DNA of 54,538 nucleotides, counting the filler, from Squatina squatina (taxonomy: Eukaryota): assembly GCA_031763465.1 (NCBI GenBank). It is 3 parts of 3 records of this genome, joined end to end, with 100 filler letters (N's around TTAATTAATTAA, not from the genome) between each part and the next. Parts side by side here need not be neighbours in the genome. Positions count along the whole stretch, not along the records: positions 20,389 to 40,784 come from JARFOE010000005.1; positions 40,885 to 54,538 come from JARFOE010000222.1; 1 more part is not named here. One strand, given 5' to 3'. A program made the translations under genes and the position numbers. The number at the start of each line of letters is the position of its first letter. Within the stretch, counting starts at the first letter, position 1. Below the pieces are notes generated by a model. The model saw only the letters and a program-made list of their open reading frames with translations. It was not told the DNA's origin and ran no database searches. Below, one piece after another: positions 37,161-50,095 of the stretch.

Positions 37161-38129
37161 TTTTTGGGTGGGCGAGGAGAGTTTATAGCTATGCATCTCA
37201 GTCATCTGCTTTCCCTAAATAATCTATTGAGGTTTCCACACACTTGATTAACATTATGCATCAATACTTCTTTTCTAGAAATAAATTGGGTGATGGGAAT
37301 TTTGAATTTAAATCTCAACCTTGGAAACTAGAAATGCACTTCCCTGAGAAAGTTGGTGTATACTTGCAATTTGTTAATTATTGCTTACTTAGGATGAGTG
37401 TGTGATGTATGTGAAGCATATCATCAAATCCAGATTACAATTTATTTTATCAGCAATATTCTGCCCCTCCTGAAAGCATTGATTCCTTGCTGGGAATGAT
37501 TTCATGAGCACTGCTCATCTTCTACACCCTCATTCCATTGGCCATTATAAATCTGAGAGTTTTGAGAGGACATGCTGGCAGGTTATTGAATAACAGGGCA
37601 TTAAAGCTGAGCACAATGCTCTCCTTGCCCACTTACACACTTCTAGGATGGGTCAGTGGACTGCGATAAGAAGTAGAAACCCTGACTGTCGTCTGTCTCT
37701 CCTATATTATAATTATATTTATACGCACACACACCCCTACCTCAAGGCTAAACATGGGCTTTGTCTTGACCTGTGGCTCAGTTACTCATTAGATAAACTT
37801 GCTGAACCCAGGAGAGCCCAGAGGGTAATATCTTTGTTATCCCTTTCTCCCAGTTACCCTATAACCATCATGGGCAACAGAGGCACTTAATTTTGCTCTC
37901 AAGTCTTTACTGTAACTGCCAAATTGGATATCGGGCTCTGAGTGTCTCTGAGATTGTTCCTCTGATGCATTTTTTTCTCTCGCTTTCTTCTTATGGACAT
38001 TGGCTTGTCTGCACTCCAATATTTGCGAANNNNNNNNNNNNNNNNNNNNNNNNNNNNNNNNNNNNNNNNNNNNNNNNNNNNNNNNNNNNNNNNNNNNNNN
38101 NNNNNNNNNNNNNNNNNNNNNNNNNNNNN

Positions 38130-38791
38130 AAGACCTCTACCAGGTCACCTCTAAGTCTTTTCTTTTCTCCAGTGGTTCGATGTCCTTATTATAGTACGGA
38201 GACCAGGGTTCTATAGAAGTTTCACATAACTTCACTACTTTTGAATTCTATACCCCTGGAAATAACTCCCAGTGCTTTGTTAGCATTTTAATTGCTTTGC
38301 TGACCTGCTTTTAATGATTAGTTCACCTGTATCTCTGGATCCCTTTGCTCTTCTAATCCATTCAGTTTCTTATTTGCTAAGGTGTACATGATGTTTTTGT
38401 TTTTCCTACCAAAGTGCATCACCTCACATTTGTCGATGTGAAAGTATGGGTTAATAAATAGAAATCAGCACAGACCTGCTAAAGGCGACTTATGTTTGAT
38501 GAACTTGATCAAGTTCTTTGATGAAGTATATGTTGTGTATATGGGCTTTCAAAAGGCGTGTGACAAAGTAGCACATCATTAATGGGACAATGGCAGTGTA
38601 GGTACAAAACTGGCTAAGAGGCGGAAAGGATAGAGCAGTGGTGAACGGTTGTTTCAGACTGGAGGGAAGTATGCCTTGGTGTCCCCCGGGGGCTGGTATT
38701 CGGACCACTGCTCTTTTTGATATATATTAATGACCTGGACTTGCGTGTAGAGAGCAAAATTTCAAAGTTTGCAGATGACATAAAACTCAGA
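38130..38791. mobile_element. CR1 LINE RT region as two head-to-head pieces
   Basis: Plus piece (38445-38791) encodes ...LFLIYINDLDL...ISKFADDIKL; minus piece (38130-38440) encodes KCEVMHFGRKN...RGDLVEV. Confidence 0.8.
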
Positions 38792-39634
38792 NNNNNNNNN
38801 NNNNNNNNNNNNNNNNNNNNNNNNNNNNNNNNNNNNNNNNNNNNNNNNNNNNNNNNNNNNNNNNNNNNNNNNNNNNNNNNNNNNNNNNNNNNNNNNNNNN
38901 NNNNNNNNTACAATGTAGGGAACGGTAATGGTAAATAACATAAACAGAATTACTGAGCCGCCAGCTATTTCTTCATTTGAAAATTTTCAGTCAAATCCAA
39001 CTGATCATCCTGTCATTTTGGTGGGAATAATTGGAGCAGTTTAAGTTATTTTTGTGTCCAGGAGGATTTGGACCGAGCAGGACAATAATCACCCTCAGTA
39101 CAGCTTGGGTGGGGGCCGAGCGCAATGTCTCATTCAAGGCCAAGGTAGAGTCACAACAGCCGTTAGATTGGATTCCAGTTACTCAACAATCTGAAGCTGA
39201 TTGTTTAGTGAGATTATTTTTAGTGAAGGGGGCTTTATTTGTACTTTTGTTCAGCCTGTGCCCGCTGGTCCTCTGAGGTTTAATTAGCGTTAGCGAGCTG
39301 AGTATTTTCGCTGATACCATTGTCCAGCTAATCATCTTCAAATGGCTCGAGTTACAGACCCTGGAAAGGCCACACTCTGATGTGCTCCATTTCTTGGCTT
39401 GGATTACATCTAACCACAATGCCAGCTGCTTCCAAATTCTAAGTCTNNNNNNNNNNNNNNNNNNNNNNNNNNNNNNNNNNNNNNNNNNNNNNNNNNNNNN
39501 NNNNNNNNNNNNNNNNNNNNNNNNNNNNNNNNNNNNNNNNNNNNNNATGATTGTATAAATGTTCGTTAACCCATTGATGATATGGTGAACAGTGAAGTCT
39601 CACCCCATCTCTATGCTGCTCAGAAATGGGTTCA

Positions 39635-40723
39635 TTAGGAGCTTAAAAGGCAATAATATATTGGTTGTGGTTCCTTAATTTGTTGTTTGACAATGGCTGT
39701 TACTTTTACCACCAAATCCTCTGTACCAGGTCTAAGAAATCTTCGTGTTGGAAGAGGATGTTTCTCAGTCCAGGGTGGTGCAGATTTCTTTGATGTGATC
39801 ATGTAACGAGCTGTGCCTATCTGTGTTGATATTGGCTCCTGCCTCAGCTCCTCCTCAGNNNNNNNNNNTCTCCGTGAGGCTCTGTACTCTGTGACCACCA
39901 ATTTCCAGGCCATTCCTTGTACTTTGGTCGATGTCTTTCTGGAATAATGCCTCAGCAGAACTATCTGTTTGCCGAATGTTATGGAGATTCATGTCATGTT
40001 TCGAAGCTTCACTTTCTTCTGAGCTGCTGTGGCTGCCCCAGTGAAATAATGAGATGTGTTTGAGTTCCTGTGTTTCGATGTGTTGGTTTCCAATCCCACT
40101 GCAGTGCCAAGCAGTGTCTCTTTCCCTCCATGCTGGAGGACGGAATGGCACAGGACTGGGACACTCCAACTGCTTACTGGAAAGATCCGTTTCCCAAGAC
40201 TGGTCAGAGTCTGTGCTGAAGCCGTACAGTCTGGATCTTCTGGTGTCTGCCCTCCACATCTCCTTGATCACGGCACTGCTAGGCTGCCCACTTCCTTCTT
40301 CCTCAGGGTGAGGAGGCCCTGTTCTTTCTCTGTCTCTTGAATCGATAGCTTGTTCGCACACCATTCCCAAGCCTTGCACCTCAGTTCTCACAGATTTAGC
40401 CTTCACACTCAGATCTCCAGACTGCTCCAGTCCTGGGTTCTTCCTGTTTGGAGACCCTGACTTCTGTTTTGGAGACTCCAAGTCCCGGGATGCTCCATAC
40501 AAACATAACTTAGTAATTGTTTTCCTCAGTTTCTGGACTGCTTTTCCAGACTGGAGCTTCCCTTCTTGCAGCTTGTTGGAAGCTCCCCCAATGGACTTAT
40601 TAGGACTGAAGGAGAACTGGTGAGCAGGTCCAATCTTCTGCACCGGTGTCTTCGAAACATGAGAGTACAAGGAACTCAGGGCATTGGCCATCGTGGTGAG
40701 CACCTCGATTTGCCGGAACCGAC
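39635..40723 (-). CDS. Unassigned large candidate coding exon (Ser/Glu/Lys-rich, probably disordered), interrupted by a 10-N gap
   Basis: Acceptor ttttttgcag| at 40724 and a strong-context ATG (accacgATGG) at 40691. About 285 stop-free codons run to the gap, and an open frame resumes after it. No TE motifs recognised. Confidence 0.55.
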
Positions 40724-40828
40724 CTGCAAAAAAACTCAAAGGGATAAGACCAACAAACAGCCTTGGTGTCGCTCAGTGACACACNNNNNNNNNNNNNNNN
40801 NNNNNNNNNNNNNNNNNNNNNNNNNNNN

Positions 40829-40840
40829 TTAATTAATTAA
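40829..40840. other. Artificial scaffold linker
   Basis: Same 44N-TTAATTAATTAA-44N cassette as at 20333. Confidence 0.95.
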
Positions 40841-42132
40841 NNNNNNNNNNNNNNNNNNNNNNNNNNNNNNNNNNNNNNNNNNNNCCCACATCCTGAGAAT
40901 GAATTATTTAAAAAGACAGAGATCCCAGTTTTATTTTCAGAGGTATCATATCTGAGGAGATGGGACAATGGGGGATCTATACTCCCACCCAGCATCTTCA
41001 AATTGTAGTGATTTATCACTTAAAATTTAACTTGCTTTTTGCTATTTCATATCATTTTGACCGCCCAGCCACAGCTTCAATGTCCTCCAGTTTGTTCTTC
41101 AAGCAGACATATAATTCGCATCAGTCAGTGATTTAAAATAGGATTTTGTGGCTGTGGTCAAGATAGTAGATTGCATTTTTTAACTGTGCACTGTCTATTC
41201 AGAACTTGAATCATGCAGCATTAGCATACCAGTATAATTTCCAGCGTTACGCTATTATTTTTGTGCCTTGATTTGGAACATATAAAAGCTTCATGATATA
41301 TAAAAAAAAATGGAATCCTGGCCCTGAGTTAATGCAAATGGGACACAAAATAATAATTAGATGAAGGCACGTACCCAAAACATTAGTCTATCATTCTCTC
41401 TTCGATGTGCTATGTATTTTTAGAATTTCCTGCTGTTATTTCAGATTCCCACTATTTACCATTTTACTAGATAATTCCATTGGTTAGTTTAATGGCAACT
41501 GGCTGCACAGGCACTGCACTTTTAAAGTTCTACTGACCACCTTCTCCCTAGGAATGATCTATACCAGGATGCTTTGTTGCAGAAGTCACTGGAAGTGGCC
41601 AGTTCCTCTCCGTGAGAAGAGGAAAGAAGACTGGATGTGGAATAACTGGCAAGGTACTTTCCTCTTCATTTTAATTGCAATGTATTTTTTGTAATGATGT
41701 ACCTTCAGCTGTAAATGAAGACCTGCTTCTCTGAGCATTAAACTGATCATGAAGGCTCAGGGGCAATTATTGCACTTCAGTGACTAGGCAATAAAACACT
41801 TGAGCGCAGCTATACTGTGCATCAGACAAGATTGTAAAGAATTCATTCAGATTCTAACAGGGTGTCATTAATAATGTTAAACTGTAATTGTGATAGTGCA
41901 TTAATGCACTTGACGTCAATAATCAGATTGTAACTTCAGCTTATCTAGGTTGAAATTTTCTTCAAGTAGTCATTCAGAGGTATAAACGGGCTGATATTTT
42001 GGGGCCTGTGCATATTAACTAGGCTAATTACATATTTAAATCAATACCGTGTACTGGGCCACATTTGATGGCAGCGGTGCGTATGCTGAAGACGCCCCCA
42101 GCAGGCAAGGCTCTGTCCTCTATGATAATATG

Positions 42133-42350
42133 AACAAAAAATGCTGGAAACACACAGGTCAGGCGGCGTCTGTAGCGAGAAACAGAGTTAACGTTTCAGG
42201 TCGATGACTTTGTCCGAACTGCAGGTGACTGTTCTGATGAAAGGTCGCCGACCTAAAAGGTTAACTGTTTCTCTCTCCACAGATGCTGCCTGACCTGCTG
42301 CATAGTTCCAGCATTTTCTGCTTATATTTCAGATTTCCAGCATCTGCAGA
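42133..42350. mobile_element. Palindromic repeat element (probably Penelope-like-derived) with minimal hammerhead-like motifs
   Basis: Inverted arms of about 85 bp (42135-42219 and 42231-42320). A one-arm copy lies at 29292-29378. Confidence 0.65.
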
Positions 42351-44460
42351 ATTTTGCCTCTGCCCTCCAGTAAAAAGTAAATTTCAAGCATTTATAGCTA
42401 CGGCTTGACTAAAAGAGTGATTGACATTTGCAATAACTTGGGGGNNNNNNNNNNNNNNNNNNNNNNNNNNNNNNNNNNNNNNNNNNNNNNNNNNNNNNNN
42501 NNNNNNNNNNNNNNNNNNNNNNNNNNNNNNNNNNNNNNNNNNNNATGAATCTGGCAGAAATGTGCCTCTATTTATAACAGACCGTGAATAAAACACTTAA
42601 TTGCGACAATGTCGCTGAAGAGCTGAAGGCTATGATGTGCAAAGCAGTTTTTCTTATACATTTTAAGAGTTTTAAGTACTTAGAGAGCTAAGCCATTATT
42701 TTGACTCCGAGAACATGAGGATTCAGTGCAAGAAGCGGTGACAGGCACCTAATTAAAAAGAAAAGCAAAAGACAATAGCCAAGGTCTCTAATTAGCTGGA
42801 GGCTCCAGATCCCAGAATAGTCTCTGTGCCCAAGTCGCTGGCAGCACCGTAAAGACGCCGTGGGGCAACACAGGTCATTCTTGTCTCCTGGTCAAGTAGG
42901 GTAATCAAGGTCGAGCCGCTTTGGTAAATTACCTGTGCATCATATATGGGCATGTGTTTTTCCGTTTGTTAATGTTTCAAAACATTTACTTTTGGCTCTG
43001 CCCAGGTGCCACCAGCTAGGATGGAGATGTGATGCCAGGTAGTGCCAGTTTGATTCTCTCAGCTCTATCACGCCTAACCCCACCACCACACATTTGCACC
43101 CCTCTTCCCTCCCACCCAAGAGTCCTGGAACTATGATTACTTCACAGAGTGCCCCTCCCTATCCCAGCCCAGGAGAGGGACACCAACACTGGGCACAGCC
43201 CCGGGGGGGTGGGGAACGACGGANNNNNNNNNNNNNNNNNNNNNNNNNNNNNNNNNNNNNNNNNNNNNNNNNNNNNNNNNNNNNNNNNNNNNNNNNNNNN
43301 NNNNNNNNNNNNNNNNNNNNNNNGGGCCTTTGAGGGGCCAGGGCCAGTGGCACTGGGGGGAGGCCGCCTTCAATTCCGGATGCGGTGCCCCCCAGCACAC
43401 AGGGTCCGAGGGGTTGGCGCGCGATATAATGAGGTTGTGCACCAGCTGCTGCGCCACCCACAGTGGGGCGTTTACGCCACCAGCGTCCAAGGCCCAATAA
43501 TTCAAATTTAATTTTTGGGCCTTGCGCTCATTTCACACCCGGATTGCACCACTAATCGGCACAATCCGGTCCTGAGATGAGACCAATTGTGCGCCCAGTG
43601 TCTTCAGGAGTGAAGGAACGGGAAAAAAAAGCATGAATGAACTTGAAAAAGAAAACACACAGACAATTTTAAAGAAACTCGGGTTCCTTTAAGCTGCCAT
43701 GTAATCGGGATAGGGCCGCTTGGCCTGGAGGCAAGCGATGCTGCTGATGGAAACGTATTAGATCTCATACATCTTTTCAATTAAATAATCCAATCCTTTC
43801 CCACCCCCTTCAACTGCTGCAACTCAGACCTCATTCAACATACATGAGACGGATGAGTCATGATGTACTGCAGAGAGCATTAATAGTCCTATCTGGGCTG
43901 TCAGAGTTCAAGTCACAGCAAGCAGTGCTACTTATTTATAATCCGTTTCTTTCATCTCTGACCTTCAAAGGAACTGTCCAAAGGAACATAATAAAACAGC
44001 AGATACATATTTGATGAGATGGAAAATAAGGATCAGTGTTTAAACGTGATGTTTTGCAAACTAAATCTGGAGGCGTGCTTGACTTGTGGCCAAGCACATG
44101 ACCATTACTCTAATGGAGTTTTTTTAGAATAAGCTCGACACAATAGACTATATATGCCAACTAACGGCAAGGCTTTCTAGCCATGTGTTAGCTTGTTAGT
44201 TTTTCACAAATAAAATCAGCTGGGAGATAGTCATTATTATCCAAACAGGTCAATTGGAGGATGGGACTAAATCCTGCCACAACCAGGAATGGAGCAAGTC
44301 AGAACTTATCAAGTTGGTTGTGGGGTTGGAGGGGGATGGGGAGGCAGGACAGAAGGCTGTNNNNNNNNNNNNNNNNNNNNNNNNNNNNNNNNNNNNNNNN
44401 NNNNNNNNNNNNNNNNNNNNNNNNNNNNNNNNNNNNNNNNNNNNNNNNNNNNNNNNNNNN

Positions 44461-44660
44461 CGCTGCCGGAAAGGGTGGTAGAAGCAGATTCAACAGTAAT
44501 ATTCTAAAGGGAATTGGATAAATACTTGAAAAGGAAAAGAATTGCAGGGCTATGGGGAAAGACTGGGGGAATGGGACTGAACAGATAACTCTTTCAAAGA
44601 GTCGACTCCGGCACAATAGGCTAAATGACCTCCCTCTGTGCTCATTCTATGATTCTCGGT
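44461..44660 (+). mobile_element. CR1 3' end
   Basis: LPERVVEADS...ELDKYL-like sequence plus 3' UTR. Confidence 0.75.
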
Positions 44661-45475
44661 TCAACTCCAGGGCTGGGGAGTAGGTGGAAGTCCTGCCTCG
44701 CCGCACTTGTAGCGCTGGAGCAGCACTTAAGAAATCCTGACCCCACCCCCTAGTTTTTGTTTATCACTTTGAAAGGTGACTTTGAACCTGCACCTCCTCC
44801 ATGTATTCCCCACCCACCACCCACCGACCACCGTTGCTGTCCACACTGAGGAACTTTACTCAAGATCCCAAAGTAAAGGGGGAAACACCCCCATAATGCA
44901 ATTTAAAGAATGGACCTTTAAAACCAGCATGAGTTGGCAGTGCAAAGGCTTATAGGGTGAGGTCAAAGGTTATGCTGGAATGGAGGGGGGAGGAGGAGGG
45001 CGCGTTCTCCTTAATAAAATGCAACAAAAATTGCATTTTAAACATTGGCAATGTGCTCTGAGCTGTTTGATGTTAGGTATTGAATGTAACTGACAATGGC
45101 AGAAGAACATGGCGAAGGTCGTGCAGGAGCCACATCAGTTTTTTGCACATACACTAAAGCATTCTGGTCACTGTTGCATCAGACAAGACACCATACTTCA
45201 TGCAGGATTGCTGCCAATACACACGCCATTAGCAATTCAGCAATCAGATGTGTGAGATGTGAAGGCCTATGGAGGCAGCATCAATTATAACAGGAAGCTT
45301 CTCCATCACTGCATGCAAGATGTTTAAACAAGGTTTGTCTTTCACACCCACAACTTGCTGAATAAGAGGTGCAAATGCTGCCAACTGAGACATTTAGAAA
45401 TGGGAGAAGACAGGAAGCAGTCGCTACGTGACACCAAGCTTGGGTTTTGAAAGCCGTCTGATTGTAGAAGAAAAA

Positions 45476-45762
45476 AACTCGCTTTGATATCGTGCCTTAC
45501 ATTACACAGCCAATGATTAACTTTTCAAGTGCAGTCACTGTTGCTTTGTAGGTAAATGCAGCAGCCCATTTGCACACAGCAAGATCCCATAAACAAAAAA
45601 TGAGATTAAATGCAGTTACTCTGTTTTAGTGATGTTGGTTGAGAGATAAATGTTGGCTATGACACCAGGAGAAACTCGCCTGCTCTTCGAATAGTGCCGT
45701 AGGATCTTTAACATCCACCTGCAAGGTGGACGGGGATTTGGCTTAATGTCTTATCCAAAACT
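45476..45762 (-). mobile_element. SacSINE1-like SINE
   Basis: Reverse complement of the body (gcagcccatttgcacacagcaagatccc...gatgttggttgagagataaatgttggc...gtgccgtaggatctttaacatccacc). Confidence 0.75.
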
Positions 45763-48700
45763 GACATTTATTTGTTAATTGTTTCCATAGAAACCTCTGC
45801 GTTGCTACTTTTGTGAACTCAACTTGATGACAGAGTCTGCAAATGTAATTTCCTTTGCTATCAGGCGTTAAGAACAGTCAAGCTGGTAGACAGTGGTGTG
45901 AGAGGAGATACACATCCTAGACCATTAAATCATTTCTTACTGAGATGTGATTTTGCTTGGATACTGTTTGTTAAAGACATTCTTCAAAGTAAACCTTTAA
46001 AAGATAAAACAACCTTATTTCCAATGATTTTCTTATAGCCTTTAACCTTGCATTTGTNNNNNNNNNNNNNNNNNNNNNNNNNNNNNNNNNNNNNNNNNNN
46101 NNNNNNNNNNNNNNNNNNNNNNNNNNNNNNNNNNNNNNNNNNNNNNNNNNNNNNNNNTGAGATTTGCAACAGTTATCATCCGCTGCTCATTAAGTGATTC
46201 TTGCACAGAATACATCATTGTGTGGTGGACTTGATTGATTGGCGTCTCTTTATTCAGAGGCATTTTGGGTTGCAAAATAGGATGCAGACTATTTACATAT
46301 CTTGAGTTCAGAGTCTAATTTATTTCAGCTTAATCCAATTTGATACCATTTTTGGAATTGAACATATACTCTGTACAGACCTTCTATCAGCAAGTTTGTG
46401 GAAAATATACATTCCAATGAAGGTATTTTAAACTCTTATGGGCTGATTCTACTTTAATGCTTACTAAGTATTTACACCATCAATAACCTGCTGTGCCTTA
46501 CTGCTCCTGTGTAATTATCTTATTTGTAAATAAATCTGATTATTAGTTTTAGTCTGAATGTAACAGTCTGACAGCATGATATTTACTGACTTTTGGAGAG
46601 GCGAGAGAATGTGGTTTGCATCCCAAATGAGCTCTGGTGCATGATTCCGTGGTTAATGGATTATTGTCAGTCCTGCAGCTCATATCCCAGTCACAAAGAG
46701 GCTCAGTTTGCTTATGGATCCTTTGCCATTGGGAGAGTACCCTTATCATAACAATTACACAAAAGTTAATTTATTCATCAAAAACAACATTGTTGTACTT
46801 GTAATAAGAGAAGCTCAAGTCAGAATTTACATGATATGACATTTTCACTGGCTAGATTCTGTTAGCAAGTGACTAATGGGGTGTTAAACTGACCCATTTA
46901 GACTGGCATTTACAGAGGTGTTAATGGCACACAGTAATTTACTATTAAGAGCGCTGTCTGTAACTTGTGCTACTCAGTTACATTAAAAGAAATGCTTCTC
47001 ACGATTTTACATCAATACAATAAACTTCTGTAGAAAGTCTTGAGTTTAAATCTGGAATAATTATTGGCTGTAATTTTCTCCAGGTAGGTGGTTGGGNNNN
47101 NNNNNNNNNNNNNNNNNNNNNNNNNNNNNNNNNNNNNNNNNNNNNNNNNNNNNNNNNNNNNNNNNNNNNNNNNNNNNNNNNNNNNNNNNNNNNNNNAAAG
47201 CTTGTGATGGAAAGAGAAACGTTAACAAGAGGAAAAAGATGGATTGCCTATTAGCTGATTTTTTTATTTCCCTTGTTACCCCTCCAGGAATGGTGACAGC
47301 GGATCCCATAAATGAAAAATAGATGAATGACCATTTAGTTTGTTCATGGTGGCGTGGTTGACAGAGGAATGTTAGCCAGGACACCTTAAAATTGGCATGT
47401 AAAGGAAATTGCATTAATCTTCAACCTGTACAACATGTTTAGTATTCATGGAAATGTGATGGAAACTATCTTTCATCATTTCTGTTAAATGAGTTTTCTC
47501 TGAGCAAGCAGCCAGGTGTATAGAGATTGAATCCTTTCAAACGTGCGAGGTGATTAGAACCAGATCAGAACAGGTGGCTGTTGAAGCCCAACAGAGCAAG
47601 CCCTGATTAGCCAGAGATTCCATTAATAAACGTAATTCACCTGCTCACATGATATGAAAGGATTGTTCAAAGGCCAAACACTGGCCAGAATGCACAAAGG
47701 GATGAATATTTAATGGGTTAGGATTTACTGTCACACCGCCTGACTGTTCCAGCAAATCATGTATTTGTACCACAAATTTTGTCAGCCTTCCTGTACCTCA
47801 CCCAAGCAACCACTCTACATGTGTGTGTGCAGGGAGAGTGTTGAAGGACTATTTGACAATGGAGACCATCACAGCCTTGTCTTACCCTGATTGATCCTGA
47901 TGTGCATTTCCCATTGGGGTCACTAAATAACAATCAAGAGCCTGAGTCTCGTTATTTCCACTCCGCCGCCCCCACCCCACCCCCCCCAGCTGCCAGACCC
48001 CCACCTCACCCTTACCCAGGGGAGTTAAGGTCTGCCTAGTCTGCATGGCTCAACAGGACAGCATTTCCCAATGAGCAACAGGGAAAGTCTCTTTGCTGTG
48101 TGATATGTAATAAACTACCTAGGCTGCGTAGCGTTGCAGTTCAGAAATGGGACTCCAAACCATGGAAAAATCCAATTATGAATTAAAACGCTGACACAAT
48201 GCATCTTTGTCATTGATTTGTTAACAGACTATTATTGATGACACAGTAAACCATTAATCACACAACGTAAAGACATAAATATCATTGTGCCAGACAAAAA
48301 TAGTAACGGGCTCTTAAGGGCTTCTTCATTTCAAATAACAACTTGTCATGAAGATGGTAATCCTTTCCAATAACATATTTCTAAAATTTAAAAAAGAAAT
48401 GGACACTGAGCTGCCAACACTAGGCAGACCCTAACTGTGAAATTTGAGGAGTCCATTGTGCCGCAGAACATAAAACTGGCTAAAAGCGTCAAGCCGTGGC
48501 TGTAACATGGGCTACAGGTGATTGTTCAATTATTAATTATTTGGAACAGTGTCTGGCCAATATCATATCCCANNNNNNNNNNNNNNNNNNNNNNNNNNNN
48601 NNNNNNNNNNNNNNNNNNNNNNNNNNNNNNNNNNNNNNNNNNNNNNNNNNNNNNNNNNNNNNNNNNNNNNNNGTCTCTATGCTGGCTGTAAGAGTCCTCA

Positions 48701-49957
48701 GTGAAATGGATTTGACAATGCAATAGGGGATGTTTTTGATCCCAGAGCTAAGTAAGCTTTACTCTGTATATAATTGTGTTATACTGGAACTGGGAGCACT
48801 TGTTGCTAACATAGACTAGTGCAAACAACCTTCAGCTTGAGCACAAAATTCACAAAGAAAAGTCATCAACACATTAAAAAAGAGAAAATAGCCATCGCTG
48901 GTTTCTTGTTCATATGGGTGTTTAACATTTGTGGAATATCTCATGCTATTGTTCCAGGGACGATGTTTTTTATATAACCACCACAGCTGCCCCTTTGCAG
49001 CAGGATTATTCTCATATCGCAAAGTATTACAAACCACCAAAATTATTAAACTGATTACAAAGTAAAGCCGTCAGTTCACTTACTCCTAAGAGGCTTAGTT
49101 TTAACAAAATCAGAAGGCATTATTAAAACAAACCAAATATATCATTACATTTTTTAATTATAAGTTAGCTCATTAGCCCCCAAGAATTAGCATGCTAAGT
49201 CAACCATCCTAATTCCGATTCATCCATTACAAAAGAATGTATTTGAATATTTTGCTCTATTTCCTTGGCGACGGCTACATTTCAGATTCTAATTTTAATT
49301 ACTCCCTGCATTGTTTGATTAAAAATATTCCTTCACATTTACCAGCTGCAGTTTGAACTATTTAGGCAATGCATTTGGGTTTTACAGCAAGACTTGCAAC
49401 CACTCAGACCAACAGGCAACCATCTTTCCCTGTCCATGTGGCAGGCAAAGACAAAGAACAGATGGAACATCTCACCATATGGATGTCAGGAGGCAACCTN
49501 NNNNNNNNNNNNNNNNNNNNNNNNNNNNNNNNNNNNNNNNNNNNNNNNNNNNNNNNNNNNNNNNNNNNNNNNNNNNNNNNNNNNNNNNNNNNNNNNNNNG
49601 ACTATCAACAGACTGCCAGATTGGATGGATGATCAGCCCTTTGCTTCAATCTTCTTAACAGGATTAATACTATATTAACATGATTAAGGGATTAAGGCCA
49701 AGAGAACATGCTGAAATATTTGTATAATAGTCAATGGGAAGATCGTTGAACTGTGATGGCATTAATTTATCTTTCTGGCCTTATTAATCTTAATGTTATT
49801 CTGGGTTTTACTGTCATCTTTCTATTAAAATACTAAATGTCAAAGATAATGTTTGTTCAGTGCTTGTTTGGATGAAATGTCCTCTTTTGAATAGTGCAGT
49901 TAATCTCATTAGTAATGCAGGGGTTCATTGAACACTACTATGTTCATTGAACACTAC

Positions 49958-50095
49958 TAAGTGGCCGTATCTTCTGTTGCTTAGGCCCTAAGCTCTTGAA
50001 TTCCCTGCCTAAACTTCTCTGCCTCTCTACCTCTCTTTCCTCCTTCAGCTCTCTCCTTAAAAACGACCTCTTTGACCAACTTTTGGTCACTTCCC
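49958..50095 (+). mobile_element. L2 LINE 3' fragment
   Basis: ggccctaagctcttgaattccctgcctaaac...ctccttaaaaacgacctctttgaccaac, a degenerate P.LWNSLP...LKT.LF motif. Confidence 0.65.

Noticed and set aside
49923-49959. GTTCATTGAACACTACTA tandem duplication
   Set aside because: Simple local duplication at the edge of an L2 fragment with no sign of function.
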